Positions 32,201 through 41,500 of a stretch of DNA of 64,000 nucleotides are shown here, piece by piece; the first letter of the stretch is position 1, and each line of letters begins with the position of its first letter. The stretch spans positions 434,001 through 498,000 of the forward strand of contig JASTWF010000333.1 of assembly GCA_030390025.1 (NCBI GenBank), given 5' to 3'. Position numbers and translations under genes: made by a program. The stretch is from Squalus acanthias (Eukaryota). The notes below the pieces were generated by a model, which worked only from the letters and a program-made list of their open reading frames with translations, was not told the DNA's origin and ran no database searches.

Positions 32201-33744
32201 AAGCCTTCCCTTGTCGAACAGCTACGGCACTGGGTACAGCAAAAATCTTGGTCCGGGAAGTGTTCTCGCGGTGGGGACTTCCCCGTTTTGTGGAGTCAGA
32301 CCAAGGGAGTCATTTCACCGGCCAGGTGATGCAGAACACCCTCATGCTTTTGGGCATTGAAGGGAAGTGGCACGTAGCACACAATCCCCAGTCATCCGGG
32401 ATTGTTGAACGTATGAACCGGACCCTGAAGGAGAAATTGAGGAAAGAGACTAGGAACTCGCCCCAAAAATGGGCGGAAGTTCTGCCTTTAGTCCTCATGG
32501 GGGTCCGGGCCAGTCAGTCTAAAAGTACGGGGTACTCCCCGCACGAGGTAATGACCGGCAGGCTCATGCGAACCCCCACCCATGTGCTAGCCCCGGTGCT
32601 CACTGAGGGTCAGCTCCAGGAGATAAGCAGGGACAAGTTCGCCCAGACTCTCTTGGAGCGCCTGAAGCAAGTTTATGAGCAGGCGGCTGGGAACATGGGA
32701 AGGCAGCATCAGGGCAATCGCTTGTTGCTGGAACCCCGCAAAACGCGGGAGTGGGAAGTAGGAGACCAGATCATGGTCAGAAACTACGCCAGAGTAGGGA
32801 GTCTGGAACCACTGTATATGGGACCCTACAACATTGTAGACAAGGCGAGTCCCATGGTTTACGCCGTAAAAGTACCACGGCGCATTAAGTGGTTCCACAT
32901 AAACCAATGCAAACTGTACCAGCCAGGTGCGCAAGGGAAAACTACAGGGGTACATCCCGCCAACGGGAAAGCACAGCCCCAGGTAGGACCACAAGGCACA
33001 CAGGCAGGCATAGCAGCTTGCATCAGGGGAAGGGAAATCCCGGACGATCATGCAGCGTTTTTCTGGAATTGGGGGTTAGATGAGGAAGAATTCAGGGTAC
33101 CCGGGTCAGATGAGGATAGTGCAGATGAGGATAGTGATGACGACGGGTGGTTTCGGAGGAACGGTCCCTTTTACGATATGGAGGGGACGGGGGCTGCAGG
33201 TAGAGATCCACACAGGGTGGACACACAAGCTGCAGGTCCCGAAGACAGGAGGGAGGAGCTAGAGGAGGCAGGGCCAGCCGCTATGGGAGCACAGAGAGTA
33301 CCGGTATGGCTCCCAGAGATGTGGCCGCCCGCTTTGAACGTCCAGTCCTCGGGGGAGGCAGAGATCACGAGTGAAGGGCCGCCTGCTGGGCCGAGCAGGG
33401 CGGAGCCACGAACTGCAAGCCCCGAGGTTAGGGAGGCGGAGTCAGCGGAGGCGGAGCCAGCGACTGTGATGGAACCCCAGGTCATCCCGATGGAAGTCTC
33501 GGAACCCGGTCCGTCCGTCACGGAAACCCCGCCCATAGCAACTCCCCGTAGGTCAAGTAGAGAACCCCAACCCAGGAGGATGTGGTCATGTCCCCAGACG
33601 GCCCCAAGGCGAAAATTTAAGGTTAAGATAACCCAGATACAGACCGGCCACATTGCAGCAATAACAGGCTGCGGCAGATCAGAGGGAAGGGTCAGTGCCC
33701 TCCCACCGTCGGGAAGAGCTCGCAGCAGCCTTCTCAGAATTTAA
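29248..33744 (+). CDS. pol: pol polyprotein: protease, RT, tether, RNase H, integrase and long C-terminal tail; in frame with gag behind one TGA
   Basis: LLDTGAS and ILGSD (PR); LPQG and YVDD (RT); degenerate LEVAAS (tether); YVDGS, AQQAEL, SDS, VKAH and GNRQADALA (RNase H); HHCC, IDYIG, SDQG, SSGIVE and GPY (IN). No stop from 29248 to 33741. Confidence 0.95.
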   Translation, partial: LEPAQPVYLCPLSYDAWRRPVVEMEVEKQKGSYLLDTGASCTIIHTDNPFDSPLSTKVPFTLAGFTGKEQAGTFSLPLSIRLGTLRLKWKCILMAWQKGGGRGILGSDLLAGHGILVDLRNHCLWGAKGEKGEVIVIPGEEETGVLCTVQPSGGYDLRLMVADVPTDMQTYVSDNMHAFATHKHDCGRVVGFEVSVDGDPMTRPQKQYNFPKEAEPDMETAMSSLVQQGVLRPIATHVNSPLWPVRKPDNSWRATVDYRVLNSNIPACAPTVAAVADLIGSIPASATTFTVLDISNGFWSIPLRREDQYKFAFTFKGQQYTWNCLPQGFHNSPSIFHQCMAGSLKEFSQPNQILQYVDDLLLFTDSREEHGPLLDELLELLARKGFKINPKKARIGQREVKFLGLTIRAGERAIDKARRESVQELPIPNNVRGVRSFLGLTGYCRDFIEDYAATAAPLLRLLHKGVEWFWDEGCQAAFEKLKRDLQTAPALGAIDGGKEFFLEVAASGDSLSAVLLQERHGKLRPVVYSSRVLTDVERSFSNCERHLLATHWAVKRSAIFTGLSPITLLTHHTPTKMLLDGRIKDGTVSSARIARWTLLLSQLDLRVKGLCEPRLAANLVYPGTAHRCSVEGVWDVNIGLRAGIHPTGREIYVDGSSTVSAGERLTGCGVYDPAADLALAIKLPSTMSAQQAELSAVVYVVTHPDIFPTPYTICSDSMFTCNSCTEYLAIWSRRGYTSADGRPLTVKPLLEKILAAAVGEEGEIFIHKVKAHSSTEPRGEGNRQADALAREGARDGTFWNPYRTGPIAAVRGGDGNPGNTRVALPLDLKTVQTQDPALKAVLKTIAEGRQVEGPYSTATLSVKEGMLFREEQWVVPQQHRREFLQLAHEGPGAGHPGPEVTWQRVEQAGWWPGLREQVREFCANCLVCAANNPDPQKRKVPMGHVRRVEGPWQSIQIDYIGPLPTTQGGYKYCLVLVDVFSKWVEAFPCRTATALGTAKILVREVFSRWGLPRFVESDQGSHFTGQVMQNTLMLLGIEGKWHVAHNPQSSGIVERMNRTLKEKLRKETRNSPQKWAEVLPLVLMGVRASQSKSTGYSPHEVMTGRLMRTPTHVLAPVLTEGQLQEISRDKFAQTLLERLKQVYEQAAGNMGRQHQGNRLLLEPRKTREWEVGDQIMVRNYARVGSLEPLYMGPYNIVDKASPMVYAVKVPRRIKWFHINQCKLYQPGAQGKTTGVHPANGKAQPQVGPQGTQAGIAACIRGREIPDDHAAFFWNWGLDEEEFRVPGSDEDSADEDSDDDGWFRRNGPFYDMEGTGAAGRDPHRVDTQAAGPEDRREELEEAGPAAMGAQRVPVWLPEMWPPALNVQSSGEAEITSEGPPAGPSRAEPRTASPEVREAESAEAEPATVMEPQVIPMEVSEPGPSVTETPPIATPRRSSREPQPRRMWSCPQTAPRRKFKVKITQIQTGHIAAITGCGRSEGRVSALPPSGRARSSLLRI

Positions 33745-34036
33745 AGGGGCCGGCCGCCCTGAGAACGGGCGGCACTGTAAAGTTATTAGTTTTAAGTTTT
33801 AAGTTTTTAGTTCAAGGTTAAGTTTATAGGTTTTTAATAAGGTTAAGATTGTAGTGTTTTTAACAGAAAACGATAAAATGATGGGAGCTTTAAAGATAGG
33901 TTTAGTTGAAGGTTATTCAGCGAACGTTGAAGTTTACGTGAGGCGAGGTCAGGGGACCCGCTCACCCTTCACAAAAGCCAGAGACTCTTGCGAGGCTGGC
34001 TACCTCATTCTATCTGATCACAGGAACCAAGGAAGG

Positions 34037-36388
34037 ATGGAACGAATTCTAGTATTGCTCGCGGCAATCGGATGTGGATTGGCCTATCGAGGCCGCACCA
34101 AGGATGTCGTGGTGTTTGGATGTTCCGGGGACACGGCCCCCATCGCGGTGGATGGGACCGGAAGACGGGAGGCAGAGGAGACCAGCACCTATTTCCACAA
34201 GGGAAGGTGGCCAGGATGGCTGGGAACGAACTCAACGGAGTATTCTAGCACATCGGGGTTTGCCTACAAAGAGACTTCTTTACTGTGCCCCAAAGTAAGG
34301 ATCATCGCACCCAGGATCAGCGTCACCGTCGGCAAACGGATTTGTTTGACTTGTAGTGGGAAGGTCCCATTAAGCCGATGGTGGTGGCTGCGAAAGCTGA
34401 GCAAAACTATGAGGAACTCTTCGGTCGAGTGGGAACGACTGGGTAATAATACCCATCGGACAATTACGGGGACAAACGGACAAGTGAAAGTCTGTTGGGA
34501 CAAATGGTGGGAACCGGATGAGGGAATTTATGTATGTATGTGGGGGTCAAAGTACGTTTGCCCCAAAGGCATCTCCATATTTTTCATTAATCAATGGCAG
34601 GATAACGGACAGGGGATGAGGTGGGATGCGAGCACCAGGGGGTGCGGAGCCCCATTCTCCCCGATTCCAGTAAATGCCACTGAGCTCATTACGCGCCCAC
34701 GCAAAGCCCCGCCCACGATTCCGGTGGTTCTAGCTGAGGAAGAAGGGTGCCCTAAAACTAGTAAGGGACCCGGGAATGGTTTGGTACTGGTCCCCACAGA
34801 CCAGATACTATTTCAGGGGGTACATTACGCGGTGGCCTCGGTGATTTTAAATCTCACCGAGGTGCGGTTACCAGAGTGGTGCCCCAAAAAGACGGAACAG
34901 TTGTATCAGGTCCTGTTGACCAAGATGTTCAGACAATTTTACGAATTCGATTTCGCGGAAATCGATAAAACAAGTTTGTACACCGCACCACAGGAAGTTT
35001 TGAATCAAGCAGGGAGGCGAAGAAGGGGTTTGGTGAACGATGCGTTCACTGCTTTTAACACGGGTACATCTGTGGTCAACGCTCTAGACAGTGTGGAGCT
35101 GCAGACCCAGATTAATGGTTTAAAGACACAATTAAAAGACATTCTAACAGATGAGAATAAAGTGGTAGGGTCGGGTCTACACGAGGACCAAGCCATGACT
35201 CTCCATTTAAAGGAAATTATAGCAGAGTTGGAGAAACATGCAAAGACGGTAAATGCCCTGATTAGGGAAGATCGGAATGCATCCGATCAAGCTGCGCAGA
35301 ACGAGGTGTGCGTGCTCTACGGGGCGTGGTTACTGGGCGAGGGCCGCAGTAATTTGGAGGATTTAAAACAAGGTTTGGTTCCGTCCTGGATAAGTAACAA
35401 ACACCTGCGGGCGCTCCACCCTTTTCAGAACGCATTAAGTCCGTGCCAGCTCAGGCTAGCTTCAGAAGCATACCCAGTCCCCGTGGACTGCGGACGATCA
35501 AACCATACTATTATGGGAATAGTATTACGCATGCCGGTTTTGGGCGACACAGCAAAGCCCGCACCGGTGTATCGAGTAGAGAACATTGGTGTCATTCAGG
35601 GGGGAGCCCACATTCGTTACGCAGCGGTTCCACCTTACGTCATCCGCTGGGAACAAACGATGACAGGTACAGATCTCTCTGGTTGTCGTGGCAGGGGAGC
35701 ACACATAATACTGTGCCCCCAGCACTTGAATGCCTTTTTAACACCACAGTGCGGGTTCAGAACGACTGGCGCCAAGTCCATGAATTGCACCATGGAGGCA
35801 ATGGCACAAGATCATGTGCCTCCGCAGGTAGCATACATCGGGGGTGGAACATATTGTGTTACCACTGCAGCGCAACACTACCAGCATGGAAACCGTAGCC
35901 GGTGTCCGGTGAGTGACAGCAGTTTCTGTTTTAAACCCAGGGCGGAAGTTCAAGTAGCACAACAGCGAATCATCCCAATCCCTGAACCATCCACTGTTCA
36001 TCTCACAGTAAAAGAGAATTTCACCGACTTGCAGCGATTCGTCGCGCATTTTGGATACCTCATTCCCCCTCTCCCTGAACATCTCACCAAACTTTTAAAA
36101 GCCGTCGCGGTATCACAGAAACATTTTTACACATTAGAGCAGAAAACTGTCGAAATAGGAACAGACATTTTGGATATAGTAGTTCCACCGTGGTGGAATC
36201 TGTTCACTAATATTGAAGTGCCTTCATGGATCAGAATAGCCTCCCACATTTTAGTCGTATGCCAAGTTTTCATTGTAGTGTACCTATTGGTCGTACATTG
36301 TAAAAGAGACAAGCGCCTCACCAAGCATGAAAACACGGGAGAGTGGCGAGAACGTTACGTGCGCGTGCACGATGAAAGCACCGTGTGA
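34037..36388 (+). CDS. env: Envelope/fusion glycoprotein, copy 2 (783 aa; identical protein to copy 1; frame open from 33854)
   Basis: Same features as copy 1. Furin site at 35015-35026. Acceptor-like CAG at 34021-34023. Confidence 0.9.
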   Translation: MERILVLLAAIGCGLAYRGRTKDVVVFGCSGDTAPIAVDGTGRREAEETSTYFHKGRWPGWLGTNSTEYSSTSGFAYKETSLLCPKVRIIAPRISVTVGKRICLTCSGKVPLSRWWWLRKLSKTMRNSSVEWERLGNNTHRTITGTNGQVKVCWDKWWEPDEGIYVCMWGSKYVCPKGISIFFINQWQDNGQGMRWDASTRGCGAPFSPIPVNATELITRPRKAPPTIPVVLAEEEGCPKTSKGPGNGLVLVPTDQILFQGVHYAVASVILNLTEVRLPEWCPKKTEQLYQVLLTKMFRQFYEFDFAEIDKTSLYTAPQEVLNQAGRRRRGLVNDAFTAFNTGTSVVNALDSVELQTQINGLKTQLKDILTDENKVVGSGLHEDQAMTLHLKEIIAELEKHAKTVNALIREDRNASDQAAQNEVCVLYGAWLLGEGRSNLEDLKQGLVPSWISNKHLRALHPFQNALSPCQLRLASEAYPVPVDCGRSNHTIMGIVLRMPVLGDTAKPAPVYRVENIGVIQGGAHIRYAAVPPYVIRWEQTMTGTDLSGCRGRGAHIILCPQHLNAFLTPQCGFRTTGAKSMNCTMEAMAQDHVPPQVAYIGGGTYCVTTAAQHYQHGNRSRCPVSDSSFCFKPRAEVQVAQQRIIPIPEPSTVHLTVKENFTDLQRFVAHFGYLIPPLPEHLTKLLKAVAVSQKHFYTLEQKTVEIGTDILDIVVPPWWNLFTNIEVPSWIRIASHILVVCQVFIVVYLLVVHCKRDKRLTKHENTGEWRERYVRVHDESTV

Positions 36389-36833
36389 TCGGAAAAATGG
36401 CGTCACTCCCGCTCGCCACGTGCGCCGCGGAAGCCTGTACTCAATCGTGATTTTCAGAGAATTGTAAATACGTTGGGAACTCGACATGTTTTAAGAGTTG
36501 GTGTTGATTATTTTATGGTGATGGTGTTACAGTTAGAATTGATTGTTTGGTTTTGGGTTTTGTTTTTCCTTTCCCTGAATAAAAGATGAATATACAGGTG
36601 ATACGAGAGGCATCGGCCTGGTTACGCCAGGAAGGAAAACAAGTGGTGTAAGTTTAAGGGCAAATAATGCCTACGGTGATATAAAATGTAATTTTCTTGG
36701 GAAATAAGGACGACACAGAGACCCTAATTAGGTTAAATTTATGGGATTAATTTGCTGGATTCGGAGAGAAATCGAGATAATATTGCTCACCACTATGATT
36801 TTTGATACGATAAGCGGAGTTATTCGCATCAAC

Positions 36834-36841
36834 AGGAGGGA
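36834..36841 (+). promoter_or_regulatory. Short polypurine tract
   Basis: AGGAGGGA lies one base before the LTR-initial TG; the same tract is at 25761-25768. Confidence 0.7.
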
Positions 36842-36842
36842 C

Positions 36843-38505
36843 TGTAGAATTCGCAATATATCGCGATTTTATTAATAAGGAGAAAACACAGAGTTTCGTT
36901 GAAACAGCTTTTATTTCAGCAGAATGCTGACAGGTTTAAAGTGGACACAAGCAGCCTGTAAAATGGCCGCCGCACCTCGTGACAGAACATTCTAGACTTT
37001 TCAACAGGCAGACAAGATGGCGTTCCAATAAACATTTGTGCAAGATCGATTAAGAGTCAGCACAGTGAAGATAATACACGAGACATTATGGGTTTGCAGT
37101 ATACACATAGATACTGAAATCGGTCTCCCAGGTACAAAGGAAAGCCATTGTACCGAGTAATCAAGGGCCCATCCAAAAGACATTAATATGTAAAATCCCA
37201 ACGACTCTACGATGAGAGAGCCGTTAGCAGGTAGTTATACAGAACACTTGGAAGCCCCAAACCCCTCCAGGGAGAACACCGACCGATTTAACAATGGGAG
37301 AAATATTAACAGGTATTCAGACATTTACGAGTAGCCCCGAAACCCATTAAGAACGGAGATCACCCATACAAGACATTTGAGCGCCAGACCTTAAACAAAA
37401 GAATGGACATTATAGTTGGGCGGGAAACGGAAGATTTTGCACTATAATTGCAGGCTCCAAACCGTCCATCTTTCTCTTGCTGCTCTTATCATCGTGGCTG
37501 CTCCTGTGCTCTTATCCGGTCGATTCGTAACCTCGTGGCTGCTCCTGTGTACTCGTAGTTGGGCTTCTGCTTGCCTGTTGCCTCTTCTGAAAAGACTGTT
37601 GAACTTTCTGATCCGTTCGGATCTACCTCGTGTCGCGTAACGAAGACCTATATTGGTAACCGGTATCGGAACCAGAAGGCCCGAGAAGAGATGAGATGAG
37701 ATGAGATGAGAAGAGAGGAAGACCATATCCATCGCCACGGTCAGTAAATCCCGACCGCGCCTGTAGGTCGATTAGCCAAGTTTTCCTCGCCAGGAAGACT
37801 TCTTCGAACTTATAACGAAACATATTGCATCGATGATAACTGGACTGTGTCCAAAGTAACTGGAATGTGAAAGCCACCAATACAGATCTTCATCACAGCA
37901 GACCTTCCAGCCTGCTAGCCGGAGCAGCAGAAGCAAGTAAACAAGTGGGACCAGGAGATCTCCTGACCGACACGTGGGAGCTGCGGTGAAAAACATCCGA
38001 TCAGCTATTCGGAATTTCTCCGAGTTATCACGAGTGGTGAGCATGAGTCTCGAAATCCTACGAATCTAGTTTAGGATAGATATTGATAGGGGAGGGTTTA
38101 AGGATTAAGGGTATTTGTAATGTGTGCCCCTATTTACTTTGTGCCGTTCGTTCCTCGTTTCCCTAAGATCGACTATATAACTGTTTGTAAGATTGTACTG
38201 TCATTAATCTGTGCTTATGACATGTATTTCATAATCTTAAGTATCATGCAATAAAGATTTTCCATTTCGTACCATTCAAACCGAGTCTACATGAGTTTCA
38301 TCTCCATTACTGCTCTCGCATCTAAGTCCAGTGTCTAGAACCGTAAGGGAGAGTGATTCGAACCACTCACAGGTGTGTCTAGTGTTCCCAGACTGGCTGG
38401 AGACCAGAACAGGCAACAAGGCCTAGACCCGCACTGACATACAGGCTGCACAGAGCCGCGTGAATCTCACAGGCTGCGAGACACGCAGGGTCAGAATCCC
38501 TTACA
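36843..38505 (+). repeat. LTR 2 (3' LTR), 1663 bp
   Basis: TGTAG...TTACA, immediately followed by satellite DNA. Confidence 0.95.
38250..38255 (+). terminator. Candidate proviral polyadenylation signal
   Basis: AATAAA 250 nt before the LTR end (27177-27182 in LTR 1). Confidence 0.6.
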
Positions 38506-41500
38506 CACCCTGAATCATCTTCACACACACACACACCCTGAATCATCCTCACACACACACCCTGAATCATCCTCACACACACACACCCTGAATCATCCTC
38601 ACACACACACACACCCTGAATCATCCTCACACACACACACAAACCCCCTGAATCATCCCCACACACACACCCTGAATCATCCTCACACACACATCCTGAA
38701 TCATCCTCACACACACACACACACCCTGAATCAGCCTCACACACACACACCCTGAATCATCCTCACACACACACACGCTGAATCACCCTCACACACACAC
38801 CCTGAATCATCCTCACACACACACACACCCTGAATCATCCTCACACACACACACACCTGAACCATCCTCACACACACACACCCTGAATCATCGTCACACA
38901 CACACACCCTGAATCATCCTCACACACACACACCCTGAATCATCCTCACACACACACACACCCTGAATCATCCTCACACTCACACACCCTGAATCATCCT
39001 CACACACACACACACCCTGAATCATCGTCACACACACACACCCTGAATCATCCTCACACACACACCCTGAATCATCCTCACACACACACACACCCTGAAT
39101 CATCCCCACACACACACCCTGAATCACCCTCACACACACACACACCTGAATCATCCTCACAAACACACACACCGTGAATCATCCTCACACACACACACAC
39201 CCTGAATCATCCTCACACACACACACACCCTGAATCATCCTCACACACACACACCCTGAATCATCCTCACAGACACACACACCCTGAATCATCCTCACAC
39301 ACACACACACCCTGAATCATCCTCACACACACACCCTGAATCATCCTCACACACACACACACACCCTGAATCATCCTCACACAAACACACCCTGAATCAT
39401 CCTCACACACACACACACCCTGAATCATCCTCACACACACACACACACCCTGAATCATCCTCACACACACACACACCCTGAATCATCCTCACACACACAC
39501 ACACCCTGAATCATCCCACACACACACCCTGAATCATCCTCATACACACACACCCTGAATCCACCTCACACACACACACACCCTGAATCACCCTCACACA
39601 CACACACCCTGATTCATCCTCACACACAAACACACCCTGAATCAACCTCACACACACACACACACCCTGAATCACCCTCACACACAAACACACACATCCT
39701 GAATCATCCTCACACACGCACACACCCTGAATCACCCTCACACACACACACCCTGAATCACCCTCACACACTCACACACCCTGAATCATCCTCACACACA
39801 CACACATCCTGAATCACCCTCACACACACACACACACTGAATCACCCTCACACACACACACACCCTGAATCATCCTCACATTCACACACACCCTGAATCA
39901 TCCTCACACACACACACACACCCTGAATCATCCTCACACACACACACACCCTGAATCATCCTCACACACACACACACCCTGAATCATCCTCACACACACA
40001 CCCTGAATCATACTCACACACACACACCCTGAATCATCCTCACACACACACACACACTGAATCATCCTCACACACACACACACCCTGAATCATCCTCACA
40101 CACACACACACCCTGAATCATCCTCACACACACACACAACTGAACCATCCTCACACACACACACACCCTGAATCATCCTCACACACACACACCCTGAATC
40201 ATCCTCACACACACACACCCTGAATCATCCTCACACACACACACACCTGAATCATCCTCACACACACACTGAATCATCCTCACATACACACACCCTGAAT
40301 CATCCTCACACACACAGACACACCCTGAATCACCCTCACACACACACACACCCTGAATCATCCTCACACACACACACACACACCCTGAATCATCCTCACC
40401 CACACACACACACCCTGAATCATCCTCACACACACACACACCTGAATCGTCCTCACACACACACACACACCCTGAATCATCCTCACACACACACACACCC
40501 TGAATCATCCTCACACACACACACCCTGAATCATCCTCACACACACACACACCCTGAATCATCCTCACACACACACACCCTGAATCATCCTCACACACAC
40601 ACACACACACCCTGAATCATCCTCACACACACACCCTGAATCATCCTCACACACACACACTCACCCTGAATCATCCTCACACACACAGACACACCCTGAA
40701 TCATCCTCACACACACACACACCCTGAATCATCCTCACACACACACACACTGAATCATCCTCACACGCACAGACACACCCTGAATCATCCTCACACACAC
40801 ACACACCCTGAATCATCCTCACACACACACACCCTGAATCATCCTCACACACACAGACACACCCTGAATCATCCTCACACACACACACACACTGAATCAT
40901 CCTCACACACACACACACACCCTGAATCATCCTCACACACACACACACCCTGAATCATCCTCACACACACACACACCCTGAATCATCCTCACACACACAC
41001 ACACACACACTGAATCATCCTCACACACACACAAACACACCCTGAATCATCCTCACACACACACACACCATGAATCATCCTCACACACACACCCTGAATC
41101 ATCCTCACACACACACAAACACACCCTGAATCATCCTCACACACACACACACCCTGAATCATCCTCACACACACACACACACCCTGAATCACCCTCACAC
41201 ACACACACACACCCTGAATCACCCTCACACACACACACACACCCTGAATCATCCTCACACACACACACCCTCAATCATCCTCACATACACACACACACAC
41301 CTTGAATCATCCTCACACACACACACACCCTGAATCACCCTCACACACACACACCCTGAATCATCCTCACACACACACACCCTGAATCATCCTCACACAC
41401 ACACACAATCCCTGAATCATCCTCACACACACACACACCCTGAATCATCCTCACACACACACACACACACACACACACCCTGAATCATCCTCACACACAC

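Larger units (their letters stand above)
25770..38505 (+). mobile_element. Near-intact endogenous retrovirus-like provirus (lokiretrovirus-like), 12,736 bp, LTR-gag-pol-env-LTR
   Basis: Two 1663-bp TG...CA LTRs, PBS, PPT, gag with CCHC, PR-RT-tether-RNaseH-IN, and env. Confidence 0.93.

Noticed and set aside
33171..33653. 160-aa antisense ORF with a hydrophobic N-terminus opposite the Pol tail
   Set aside because: Expected shadow ORF of GC-rich, low-complexity coding sequence, with no independent support.
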